This document shows, piece by piece, positions 1 through 12,231 of a stretch of 45,080 bases of DNA (the first letter of the stretch is position 1; each line of letters starts with the position of its first letter). The stretch lies in the NCBI GenBank assembly GCA_051453625.1, contig JBOZIK010000001.1:29330956-29376035 (forward strand), in the 5' to 3' direction. The translations under genes and the position numbers were made by a program. The notes beneath the pieces are model-generated. The model worked only from the letters and a program-made list of their open reading frames with translations. It made no database searches and was not told the origin of the DNA. Source of the DNA: Welwitschia mirabilis (Eukaryota).

Positions 1-493
1 TTTGCTTTCCTTGGAGTTCCTTTCAATCAATCAAGTCCAAATATAGTTCCCATTTTATCTTTCTGTGGACATTGAATAAAACAGCTACCTCTTAAACTTG
101 TATGGGCATTAACAATTCATAAATCTCAAGGATTGACACTTAGTAAAGCATATATAGACATTAGTGCCAAGGAAATGCCAAGATTGACTTTTGTGGCTCT
201 TTCTCGAGTGAAGTCCATAGAATCAATAAAGATATTTCATCCATTCTATAAACAAAGATATAGGAAATTATCCAAGGGTTCTAACTTAGAAAAGCGAATG
301 AAGGAGGAGCAATGTTTAGCAAACCTAGACAAAATGAGTTNNNNNNNNNNNNNNNNNNNNNNNNNNNNNNNNNNNNNNNNNNNNNNNNNNNNNNNNNNNN
401 NNNNNNNNNNNNNNNNNNNNNNNNNNNNNNNNNNNNNNNNAGGAGGAGCAATGTTTAGCAAACCTAGACAAAATGAGTTATAATGATTATTGA
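1..493 (+). pseudogene. C-terminal fragment of a PIF1-family (SF1B) helicase, probably from a Helitron-like element; runs off the left edge
   Basis: Frame 1 reads ...GH*IKQLPLKLVWALTIHKSQGLTLSKAYIDISAKEMPRLTFVALSRVKS...EKRMKEEQCL, containing PIF1 motifs V (TIHKSQGLTL) and VI (FVALSRV). There is one in-frame TGA at 73-75. Bases 302-340 recur at 441-479 across the gap; collapsing them puts the stop at 491-493. Confidence 0.85.
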
Positions 494-513
494 ACTTATA
501 ACTATTATTAATC

Positions 514-532
514 AGTGGCTAGTAACCACTAG
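514..532 (+). other. Short hairpin plus CTAG, candidate Helitron-like 3' terminus
   Basis: AGTGG-ctagtaa-CCACT inverted repeat (514-530) with CTAG at 529-532, 20 bp after the helicase stop and just before a (TA)n tract. The spacing is not the canonical Helitron1 arrangement. Confidence 0.35.
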
Positions 533-534
533 CT

Positions 535-568
535 TATATATATAATACATATATATATATATATATAT
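535..568. repeat. Imperfect (TA)n microsatellite
   Basis: tatatatataatacatatatatatatatatatat. Confidence 0.9.
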
Positions 569-798
569 CTATAGGTTGGCGGAGATTTATCAAATTCTTT
601 CGCCTTTCGAACGAGGCTACAAGCATGACAAATACCTTAATGTTCATATATAATAAATTCCACATTTATGGATTGGATTTGCTAAGGCCATAAATGTATT
701 AACAAATTTCAAAAAAGACACACATGGAAATCGTTACACAGCTATAACATTTAAATATTGCTTTGCTAAAACATAGATGCAATCTAGAAACAAACAAC

Positions 799-1041
799 TT
801 AATGCGGAAACACTAAATCTCGTATTTCTAACGTCCTCAGAAAACCCTAAGAAACAAGTTAGATAGTATTTTCACTTTCTATTTGACATTCCGGTAATAT
901 CAGAATTTGATATTATCATTGTTATTGCACCTTACCTCTCTTTTATCTTGCAGATCTTAGGACATCGTTTTACTTGATGTAAGCCCAAATATTCTTCACA
1001 ATGTCAGCATGAGATATTTCGGAGACTCCGAGGAAATCCAT
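799..1041 (-). pseudogene. SWIB/MDM2-domain pseudogene (small plant SWIB-only protein-like)
   Basis: Minus strand reads MDFLGVSEISHADIVKNIWAYIK*ND, then after a frameshift *DLQDKREVRC...GFLRTLEIRDLVFPH*. This matches the SWIB pattern FLGxxEISRxxVVKxIWxYIKxNxLQDPxxKRxIxCD...EIxxLxxxHF. Stops and a frameshift are present. Confidence 0.75.
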
Positions 1042-2802
1042 TTTCAAATCAAGAAAGTAAAAGTGAGATAATTGTGAATGTTTATAAAACAGGAAACTGA
1101 TTCTGAGATTGAGGGATCTCAGACAGATGATGGTTTGTCTAGCTTTGCGTTGAAATGATTTCCTGAATATGATTAAACACATTCCGAGAGAATTTCCATG
1201 TTTAGATGGATGGTTGTTAATTGAGATAAGATGAATTTTCTTGAAGGAGATACTCGTTTCCACAAAGGAGCTAATAAATATATTGCTGCAGCTGCAAAGG
1301 TGCTAAAAAATCCAGGAGGAAATNNNNNNNNNNNNNNNNNNNNNNNNNNNNNNNNNNNNNNNNNNNNNNNNNNNNNNNNNNNNNNNNNNNNNNNNNNNNN
1401 NNNNNNNNNNNNNNNNNNNNNNNNNNNNNNNNNNNNNNNNNNNNNNNNNNNNNNNNNNNNNNNNNNNNNNNNNNNNNNNNNNNNNNNNNNNNNNNNNNNN
1501 NNNNNNNNNNNNNNNNNNNNNNNNNNNNNNNNNNNNNNNNNNNNNNNNNNNNNNNNNNNNNNNNNNNNNNNNNNNNNNNNNNNNNNNNNNNNNNNNNNNN
1601 NNNNNNNNNNNNNNNNNNNNNNNNNNNNNNNNNNNNNNNNNNNNNNNNNNNNNNNNNNNNNNNNNNNNNNNNNNNNNNNNNNNNNNNNNNNNNNNNNNNN
1701 NNNNNNNNNNNNNNNNNNNNNNNNNNNNNNNNNNNNNNNNNNNNNNNNNNNNNNNNNNNNNNNNNNNNNNNNNNNNNNNNNNNNNNNNNNNNNNNNNNNN
1801 NNNNNNNNNNNNNNNNNNNNNNNNNNNNNNNNNNNNNNNNNNNNNNNNNNNNNNNNNNNNNNNNNNNNNNNNNNNNNNNNNNNNNNNNNNNNNNNNNNNN
1901 NNNNNNNNNNNNNNNNNNNNNNNNNNNNNNNNNNNNNNNNNNNNNNNNNNNNNNNNNNNNNNNNNNNNNNNNNNNNNNNNNNNNNNNNNNNNNNNNNNNN
2001 NNNNNNNNNNNNNNNNNNNNNNNNNNNNNNNNNNNNNNNNNNNNNNNNNNNNNNNNNNNNNNNNNNNNNNNNNNNNNNNNNNNNNNNNNNNNNNNNNNNN
2101 NNNNNNNNNNNNNNNNNNNNNNNNNNNNNNNNNNNNNNNNNNNNNNNNNNNNNNNNNNNNNNNNNNNNNNNNNNNNNNNNNNNNNNNNNNNNNNNNNNNN
2201 NNNNNNNNNNNNNNNNNNNNNNNNNNNNNNNNNNNNNNNNNNNNNNNNNNNNNNNNNNNNNNNNNNNNNNNNNNNNNNNNNNNNGCAGTTGCAAAGGTGC
2301 TGAAAAATCCAGGAGGAAATTTGAGCAAAGTGGTAAAATTAGAATTGTTTTGAAGCCTATCTTCTTCCCCTTTATTGAAGAAAGGAATTCCTGCAACTCT
2401 TAGCCCACACCCACACTGCATTTCCATTGATCAAATAAATGATTATAGTTAATAGAATTACACCTTGTGTGACCTATTTCTTATGGGACCTTATGACATT
2501 AAACCGCCTCTACGACTGTAAAATTCTATTGGGTTAAATGTCACTGCAAATTATTTTAATTACAAAACCTGAAATCCACACTTACATGTCCTTTAAAAGC
2601 TAGTTACCCAAAGTTGAACCTTTAAGTTATCGCCTTTTTTGAAAGAGTGAGTGAAATTAAAATGACATAAGTCTCACACAATGCTCTTTTACAAAGTGAA
2701 TCCTTACTAAACTAAAGAGCTACAAATTATAATTTACATATTTGTAGGCTTAAGTAGGCAAGTTAGACGAAGACCTATTTTATATTACAATGGCATATAT
2801 GT

Positions 2803-2979
2803 ACATGAGTGGCCACAAAAATATTCTAAATTAAAATAAAGCATTTTATCCCCTCAATTACTTATTGTAGATTATATTTTGAAACCACCTCACATGCGTG
2901 GCCACAAAAATATTTTAAATTAAAATAAAGCATTTTTCCCCTCAATTACTTATTATAGATTATATTTTGAAACCACCTC
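2803..2979. repeat. Tandem duplication, 2 x ~89 bp
   Basis: acatgagtggccacaaaaatatt...ttgaaaccacctc at 2803-2891 is repeated at 2892-2979 with a few substitutions and a 1-bp deletion. Confidence 0.95.
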
Positions 2980-3373
2980 CTGTAAATTCTAAATGTATTT
3001 TTAATGTGGATGTAATGCCATGACTACATGGTGTGGAAACTTTTTTATATATGAAAGCTTTAGGCCAACTTCTGGTAAGGGTTGTGGAATTCGCTAAAAC
3101 ATTAGATAAGATGAAAGTGGTAAAGCAATACATAAAATAATGATTGGTCCATTACCATTATATATAGTTGGAGCACAAGTTCTAATTTGCAAATGTTTCT
3201 TTGTATATTTTATTTTTTCCTTATTATTAAAAAAACTAAAATATACAAGGAGAATTGGTTAACAATTTAAATGCAAGATCTTATAAGTGTTGCAACCTAA
3301 GAAATAATTAGATTAAGCCTAAGGCCAAGTTAAAGATTAATTGATAGTCTTGGCTATCATTTGGGTAATTAGT

Positions 3374-5965
3374 TGTGACACCCTCTCTTTTATTACCCCC
3401 TTTATGTGTTTTTTTTTCATTTTCTTTTTTCTTCCTTGCTTTTTTAATATTATTATCTGAAAAGACACAGTGGAACCTAGGATCAAATTTTACTTTATTA
3501 ATATTTTTGTATTCCAAGAAAAACAAATTATATTAATAAGATATATTTACCTATACCTAATTTCTAGGTTATTCTAGTTTACAAATAATAGCGATGTCAT
3601 AAGTTGGTGTCCTCCATTTCTTCCTTAGTTTTCATCACATAAAAAGATATCTTGTAAGTAGTTGAGGAGATGTAAAGTTCTTATAAATATATATGAATAA
3701 GTTTAAGGATAATACCTAATCAATATAATAAAAGGTTGCAACTCCTATTAATGACATTCTAACTCAATATCTAAGCATCATCTGGACATAAGTTGGTTTT
3801 ACTTTAGGTTTTAAACTATATAAACATAGCTTGGCTCAACTCTATAGGCTTACACCTCATCTTGATATACCCATATTATAGGTGATAGGCAATAGATGAG
3901 GTGGATGTATGCTTACAAATAACCCCCACATCCTTGAAACATTTTTGGATACTGCAAAATGATCCATCAACACTAAGGGCTTGAGATACTAAGTCATAGT
4001 AAGCTCATACATGGGAATAGTAGGATAGTGGTGATGGTCTCCACTTCTAGAAAGGTATTATAAAAAAAATGTAAGGCAACCTACCTTAGTGATGAAATCT
4101 TAGTATGGAGATAAATATTATTAAGACTATCTTGATTTAGCCCTATTCGATGAATGCACCACATAAATGCATGCATACAATTTTAAGTAATACAGATATT
4201 TAATGATTATTTACCTAGTTATAATAATTCTAGTCATCCTTAGATTCATTTTATAGAATCAATTATAAATGAAAAAACAAGCATACTAGAACATCTCTAT
4301 ATTCAAGATTACAATAATGAAAATACAAATAAAGAAAATATTCTTTATCTAAATAAAGGAAATATTTTTTTTACTTTCAGTAATAATAAAAATATTTAAA
4401 ATATATCAAATTAAAATTTATAATGTACTTAATAAAACTAATCAATACTAGAGCTATGCTAATCTTAAAAAAGTTCTTCTATGCTCAATGACAATCTCCA
4501 TGGATGGGTGCAATGAAGGTAAACAAAAGAAAGTATAGCTTAAGCATGACCATGAAGACATAACACTTTATTCAATACTTACATGGCTATATTATAAGTT
4601 AAGAAAATCAATGATAAATTAAGAAATATTTATGTTACTTAAATTACTAAGGTGAAAACTCTTACAATCATGCATATTCAAAATATTATAAAGGAAAAAG
4701 ATAAAAGACATATTTTTCTTAATAAAATATTATTTCTAAGAAATTTAACTTAAGACCAATGATAGAAACTTATCTTATATACTCAAATCCCTTATAAAAT
4801 TTTATGTAATAATTTTTTATAATTTAAAATATCAATTATAAACTTTTTGGGCTCTAAGAAGACATCATACTCTAAAATTAATAATTAATTAATATGAAGC
4901 AAAACATAAATTACAATAATTTTTCATAAGCTAGATGCATAATAGAATCCTTAGAATCTAACTTAAACTATATTGGAATTCTAGTGATATTATTTTAAAG
5001 TCATTATTTAAGGTAAAAAACTATTAAATTTTCTAAAATTACATTCCCACTATACTATAGTAAAATGACCATAACTTTTAAAACACTCTGATATTTTAAA
5101 TGGTTTAAGATGTTTTGGAAATCTTATTTAATTCCTAGAACTTAGGATTCTTAAGTTTGTAGATATCTTAACAAATAATGACAAAAATATTAAGTGCTTA
5201 CTATTTTTTTACATTTATTTTCTAATGTATTTTAATAAATTAAATTTTTAAAAATAATTACATATTAGAAAAATTATTATTTTTACATTTGCATGTTCAT
5301 AACACAATCATAGACTTATAAAAAAATTTTACTAATTTATACCTACTAATTAATAAGATATAATATTTTTATCCCATGCCTCTATTCTAGAAATTTAATT
5401 ATTGCCATAACAAAAATATAATGAAGTTCTTTCAACTAGTTAAAAAATAACTTAGATTATTAAAATAATGGATATACTACCTAATTACTTATAAAAAGAA
5501 AAATAAATTATATACATAAAAATTATGATAGAAATAAAAATTAAATCAATTCAGAAGCAATTTAATACAAGCCTTCAAATTTTCTATGGAAGAGTACTAG
5601 CCTAAAGAGATTTTTAAGGATTAAACTTTGCCCCTAACAAGGTGGTTATAATGCATAATAGATAAAAAATATAATACTAAAATAAAAATGTCTATCCAAA
5701 TTTGTTTTTTCTTTTTTTTCTTTTTTTAAATAGTGAATCCCCTAGTTACTCAACCATAATTATTCATTAGTAATCCTTCATCACCAAGCATGAGAGATCC
5801 CTCATATCTCACTATAACATCTTGGTGGAAGCCAATGGGAGGGAATAATGTTTTATAACATAATTTCATAAAAGCTAAATAATTTATTAATAAAATATCA
5901 CACCATTCTAATAGAAAAATAAATTATATGGATAATATGAATAAGAGCTTATTTTAAAAAACTGG
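3374..5965 (-). mobile_element. Partial Tekay/Del-like LTR, copy 1
   Basis: Begins TGTGACACCC, typical of a Tekay LTR end and an imperfect inverted match to GGGATATGACA at 44580-44590. Bases ~5315-5960 align by eye with 7409-7443 + 42959-43540. Boundaries are approximate. Confidence 0.5.
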
Positions 5966-6090
5966 TTTAGGCCACGGTAATGCCTCCACTAGCTCCACAA
6001 CCTCCTTGTTCAACAAATGAAATTACAAATAAATCTATGAGCATTTGATGTTTACAAATAATATTACCTATTAATTATTTTAATAGTATA

Positions 6091-6221
6091 AGATTTAATC
6101 TTATGAGGACATTAAGATTAAGGAAAAGTAAATAGAATTTAATTTTCAAGTCAAGGACATTAAATTAGATTTAATCTTGTGAGGATGCTAAGGTCAAGGA
6201 AAATTAAATAAAATTTAATTT
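6091..6221. repeat. Direct repeat, 2 x ~55 bp with a short spacer
   Basis: agatttaatcttatgaggacattaagattaaggaaaagtaaatagaatttaattt (6091-6145) versus agatttaatcttgtgaggatgctaaggtcaaggaaaattaaataaaatttaattt (6167-6221). Confidence 0.85.
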
Positions 6222-6289
6222 AAAGCAGTTCAATGAGAAAGCTGAGAATTAAACTATCAATCTATCATTTAGTAGTAAGAAACTATTAC

Positions 6290-7308
6290 CATTACACCAC
6301 TAAGCATTCGCTGTTGACTAAAGTATTTCTTGCATAGTTGAGATCTATTACCATGGTTGTTTAATCTTGTAGTTTAACTGGTGAATCATGCATTTAGAAG
6401 ATAACCATTTAAAGGGCATTTTCATAAGTACTTCATGGTGATCATCCTATAAAATTTATGCCCTTACATAGTAGATCCACATTAGTAACCTTTGATTTTG
6501 GAGTTTGAGAAGCTTGTGAAATCTATTGACTTGTGCTAAGGAGGCTGGCATTGGTTTTTAGCAAGTTTAATTCTTCATCCTCTTGCATCAGTCCTAATAT
6601 AGTCCCTTAACATTTTGATCTTATGCTATCCTTAATGATTAGCAACTACATAAAGTATGATTCTCTAATAAAAATTTATAATCTTAAATTCTATTCAACT
6701 AGGGCAACATTTTCATTGGCCACTAGAAGTGTTATGAAATGGATGTGATGTAGTTGTCAAGATGGCACCCTTACTCATTAATTATTATGTTTTTCTTAGA
6801 AATTATAATGCTTTTATCATAAATCCATAATTTCATTATCTAGCAATTTCAGTAGTAGATGGTAAAGTGCTAAGTAGCATGATGTATTAATCTTCTCATC
6901 CTTTCCCTCTTCCAACACCTGTGCAATTGTACCTCCTCCTTTCTTCTTTTGCATTTCATAGTTTTTACATTTTCTCGCTTGACGATAGACCAATAACTGT
7001 TTTGATATTTTTTTAAAAGTAATTAATGGAATAAATCAAAGTATGTATAGACTCAAATCTTAAAGTATTTGAGTATTTGCTTATGGCGAGCACTAAGAGT
7101 GAACAACACAGTTAGATGGAAGAGAAATTTCTACAATGCCCTTTCTTTCTTCTGAATTGTCCTCTTTTCCTATACTCTTCTATCTTGTACATAATGCATC
7201 TTTTCTTACATGATGTTTTTCCTCTTTTCCTTCAAAACATGACTACTATACCTTTTTTAAACATCCTATTCTTCTAGTAGAAAATTTTCCTCTTCTTCAT
7301 GTATTTGT
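6290..7308 (-). pseudogene. Possible decayed, unidentified ORF (E/K-rich), likely TE accessory sequence
   Basis: The minus strand is purine-rich with coding-like stretches between stops (HEEEENFLLEE*...VLKEKRKN; GLMQEDEELNLLKTNASLLSTSQ). No domain was recognised. Confidence 0.25.
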
Positions 7309-7443
7309 NNNNNNNNNNNNNNNNNNNNNNNNNNNNNNNNNNNNNNNNNNNNNNNNNNNNNNNNNNNNNNNNNNNNNNNNNNNNNNNNNNNNNNNNNNNN
7401 NNNNNNNNGAATTATAAAACAAATTTCACTACTTTATACCCAC

Positions 7444-8708
7444 TATTGCCATGGGAATTTGTGCAATCTGCAAGTCCTTAAGTAGATCCTGTAAATCACA
7501 AATACTTACAGAAAAATACACACTAATATAGATAAGAGTTAACCCAAATGTTATAATCCATTAAAGGCACTAGGCTAAAAGTTAGAGAACTAATTTTAGT
7601 AAAGTATTTTTAGTCTTTTTCCTTTAAGTAAATAAAAATAAGAAATAATGCAAATGTAATACAAGATGGATGCTGATGAAATGCTTATGGATGAGATGTA
7701 AATGCAATCAATCTAAGTAATGAATCTATTTAACTACCAATCTTTCTGTCATAAGGATCAACCCTTATAACTTAGATTAATTAAAAGGAGCTATCACTTA
7801 TTCCTAACCAATGTAAACTATAAGATACATCAAACAAAATGTGCAATAATGGAAATGCAATATGAAATGAATGCAATACAAGATCTAAACTAATAATGTC
7901 AACCTTAACAAAGGTTGCTCTTATGATCTAGATAAACTATAAAGCTGTTATGAAATCATAATCAACTTAAACCATAAGGAAGATTCACACAATAGAAGTA
8001 AAAAGAGTTCTTGTATTAATCTTGAATTAACATCCAGTTATAAACAAAGTAGAAACACTTCAATGGAGAATACTTAGCCAAACACCAAGGAAGACTCCTC
8101 TCTATACTATGGAGGGATCTTTGGTCCTTTAATCTTCTATCACAAGACTTTTTGGTATAAAAGATGAAATTGAAAGTGAAGACAATATGTGCATTTATAG
8201 TTTTACATTGAATATTCTAGAAGCAAAATCCTATAAGTTGGAAAAGAAACCCTATAAACCCACATGAGGTGTATAACTCCATTAAAAAGATAATTCATTT
8301 TGTTCATACAAAATAGTAATAATCCTGGCTATCATCTAAATGATACTAGAGATGATACCCTACAATAAGAGGTGAGTCATTAGCTTTTATCCTTATAATT
8401 AACCCTATATCTTTAGTTTAAGTTAACATCTGTGTTATCCTGGATGTTGTCTAGACGATGTAGGGAATGACATGCTTCTTAAATTTTTTATCTAAGAGAA
8501 AGTATTCTCGTGCATCATTATCTTCTTCTCAAAGTACTAAGTGTCAGAATCTATCTAAAGTACCTCCAAATATGCTTAGAATCGTATGTTTTTATGATCA
8601 ACTTATTTAATTCTTAATAATTATTAGAATTCCATCTAAACTTGTTTAAAAGTCCTATAAAAGTACTTGAAATACTCTATAAAATACACATAATTTATCA
8701 TTGCAACA
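7444..8708 (-). repeat. Athila-1 3' LTR
   Basis: tattgccatgggaatttgtg...ttgcaaca. Aligns along its length with 34165-35231 + 42813-42953. Followed by a PPT-like reverse complement (taaccctttacttaccc). Confidence 0.88.
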
Positions 8709-9006
8709 TAACCCTTTACTTACCCTTGTCAGTCCCTAACAAGGTAAGTGATCAACTATACTTGTGAGCAAAATTGGCTAAGATAAACAATGACTCAGGA
8801 AATGTAAATTGAGTTCATAAATCTATATCATGTAGGATAAAATAACAATAACTAATGAATTTACATATTACATCTATAATATGTATAATAATTTTATCAT
8901 CTTGACTATCATCCAGATGACTATATGGCCAACATGCTCAACAAATTAGAATAAAAGTTAAGTATCTATGAATATGATCATCAAAAAAATCGGCGTCCTG
9001 AAATCT

Positions 9007-9157
9007 TCATTGGCTTCTAAGTTAAAACATTTCACACATATCAAGGTAAAAATTAAATATCATACACAAAAAGAAAATCTTTGTAGTTAGCAAAATGATT
9101 TTTCACACATATCAAGTTAAAACATTGACTTCTAAGTTAAAACATTTCATACATATC
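9007..9157. repeat. Short dispersed direct repeats in the Athila-1 3' UTR
   Basis: cattg(g/a)cttctaagttaaaacatttca(c/t)acatatc occurs twice, with a further tttcacacatatcaag copy in between. Confidence 0.75.
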
Positions 9158-9785
9158 CATGATAATTCAACAAAATAATGATGTGTATGCATAATTAAAG
9201 TAGTGATAACTCAAAATGATGTGTATAAATCAAATAGTGATTTAAAAGATAATCTACAAGGGGTAAATACAAAAAATAATAATAACATTACTACCCTTAT
9301 AATGGTCTTCTAAATCTTCTGGATCACACCTGCAAGAAGGTCCTATAACTGTGCTATTATGGCCTACTAAATAATGTTCATAATGAAAATTATACAAGTA
9401 ATATGAAATCATAATTGGACTATTACATCACATATATTTTTATGAAAGCTCAAAAATGATCCTTATAATTAAAAATTTTGCTCAATATCTCAAAAATATC
9501 TTAGAAAGATGTCCTGCCCTCTCCTTTCCCCCTATCGGTGAACTAATACATCCTATGTTGCATTAGTACAAAAAAAAAGTTATTGTTCACCTTATCATTC
9601 AAACATCATATGTGGGACAACGCTCAGAAAAGAAAGTTTCAGAAAAGCAATAGAATCCAAGTAGGATCAGATGATCAAGGATATCAATAGTAAAGCCTCT
9701 AAAGTCATGATAAAGTCTAAGATATGGTTAAAAGTGAAGAATAATCCATAAAAATGATCATGAGAAAGAAGTCCAATGTGTAAGA

Positions 9786-10958
9786 TGTTAGGATTTATAT
9801 TACCAATTAATTTCAAAGTAATATGATCCTTTTAGAATGAAATGTGATTTTATAGATGCAAGAAGCTGAAGGATCCATATCCAAAAGATAGTCAAGATTT
9901 GGACATGTTTTAATTGAAGTAATTTGATTTTTTTATCCAATAACTTAGACTATTGGTCTAACAAATCTAGAAATACAAATTTTGGGCTACTTCATATAGA
10001 GTCAACTAGATCTTTATGGGGTCAACCAGATTTGAAATGTACTTTTAAGATTCTTCATATGTGCTATTTCATATGGGATCGACTGAAATCATGTGGGATC
10101 AATTAGATCTAGATAAAGGTAGTCGACTAAACTTTATATGGGGGTAACCAAATTAAGTAACATGAGTCATTAGCTCAATCGAATAAGAAAAGAGTCAACT
10201 GTATCGAGTGACATGAGTTGCTTAAATTAATTGGATGTTTTAAGGACTCGACCAGTTAAAGTGAAAGTAAAATTTTTTAAGCAAGTTTCTAATCATTATC
10301 CCATGAAATCTATCTATTGTAATTGATAGATTATTTTCTAACTATTTAATAGTTATATTTTGGGAAAATGTATTTAAATAGGTTATACTCAAAAACTCAG
10401 GACAACATCAAATTAATTTTAAAAAATGAGATGACACTCTTGATCTAAAGAACTTATCTTTTCTTGTCTCTCTTAGTACTTACCTTTGTACTAAATCTGA
10501 GTAATAAGGCTCCATAGTTAGTACTTGTATGTGAGTGATCTAAAGCATAACGGCTTCATTCCCTCAATTAGCATTAAGAATTTTATAAAGATTAATACAT
10601 AGCTTATAAAAGTTCATTTTATGAGGGTTGAGACTTAGCTTACTGAAGTCCTTTTTATGAAGGTTGAGACTTAGCTTGCAAAAGCCTGCTTTGTAAAGGT
10701 TGAAAGTTTACCTTGAAAACCTAGTAAATAGTAAAGTAATAAAGATCTAAAATAGTCTTGATTATTGACTATCTTTCAAGAATGAAGTAGGGTCCATCCT
10801 GAACCACTATAAGTCCTATCTTATGCATCATTTTGATTTTTCTTTATGAGTTTATTTTGTTATATCTTTTTATATCATACTTGCTTCCTTAGTAATACTA
10901 GTTATTTAAATTTTTTTAAAAATCCTATTCATCCCCCTCTAGGATTCTAGATCCTACA
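9786..10958 (+). repeat. Element B 5' LTR
   Basis: TGTTAGG...CTATTCATCCCCCTCTAGG...CCTACA, the SIRE-type U5 end motif. Aligns with 25486-26702. Confidence 0.88.
10581..10706 (+). repeat. 36-bp tandem array (~3.5 units) in the B 5' LTR
   Basis: Unit approximately ttttatgaaggttgagacttagcttgcaaaagtcca. Confidence 0.85.
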
Positions 10959-12231
10959 TTTGGTTATTTAAAATTTCACTACCCATATAATAAAAGTATG
11001 TATTTTGCAAATATTAATGTTTTATCATTTAAATTTATTTTTAAACAAATCTCTATCCAAAAGTCAAGAAATACCATATGGGCAAAAGCTAAGAATTTAG
11101 AATCCTTTTTATCCAAGTAAATTTCAACTTTAGTAGTGGTTTCTGTTATTTTGATCAATTCTTGTTAAAAGGTCTAGAACCCTAGGAGGGAAAGTAAATA
11201 GGATTTTAAAATAATAAATAATCTCAAAATCTATCTTCATAAGTATTGAATAGTAGAAACATTACCAAAAATGATATGAAAGAAACTAAATAAAAATAGA
11301 AAATATTAGTGAATATTAAAACCCAATTTATAGTAATTTAAGGAACCCCCTACTCCATTCTTAGTGATTAGCTTCTATCTAAGACTGATTTGAATATTTG
11401 TTACTCACTTTCTAGGTATTTTAGGTTTACCTGTAACCTTTTATAATTGGATTTTTTAGAGGCTCAGTTTCAATCTTTTAAGAGAATGCATTTCAATATC
11501 AATAGTATGTCACAATGCATATGCTTTACTAGATTTAAAGTATAATGATGATAGTACTACATTTTTAGTAATGATATTACAAATCCAAATATGTAAAGTA
11601 CAAACTAATTGGCTAATGGACTAATAATAAAAAAGATGGTCATTTGATTTTTGGTTAAGTAGAAGTGGTACAATGATTTTAATGACTGATAAATATATAG
11701 GACATACATTTTGGGGTTTTATAAGTAAATCTAATTCTTAAACAAATAAACATAGAAGGAAAATAACTAGAAAAATCCTATTTTCATGATTGGTTAAACC
11801 TTCAAAGTGTCTAATCGACTCCATTGAGTGCCATCACTAAATTTCATTACCCTCATCTTCCTTCAAATAACCTACTTTGTTTTACATATCCATGCCTAGT
11901 TAATCCCATTTGGAATCTATTTTACTGCATGTCTGATTGACCACATTCCATCTAGTCAATCTCATATGAAAAAAATGTCCAAAACATGTTTACCTAGGTC
12001 TACTTGACCCCTCAGGAATCTAGTCAACCCCTTAATAATAGAAGATGAAAACATTTTTACTCCAGTTCTGGTTAATTCCTCAAAAATCTGATCAATCCCT
12101 TGATGATCAAAAGTGATAAATTTTAATACAGGTTTAGTTAACCCCTCAATAATCCAATTAAATCCTTAGTAATCTGGTTTTGAAACTTCTTAGTACAGGT
12201 TCAATTAATCCCTTATAAATCTAATCAACTC

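Noticed and set aside
570..1323. SWIB fragment captured inside the Helitron-like element
   Set aside because: The candidate 3' end (514-532) precedes it and I saw no downstream hairpin-CTRR terminus. Capture is unsupported, though not excluded.
1173..2427. Long ORFs of 374-407 aa in the ORF track
   Set aside because: They consist almost entirely of X from the N-gap. The same applies to ORFs at 246-461, 7299-7481, 15495-16135, 19796-19981, 21545-22141 and 30942-31388.
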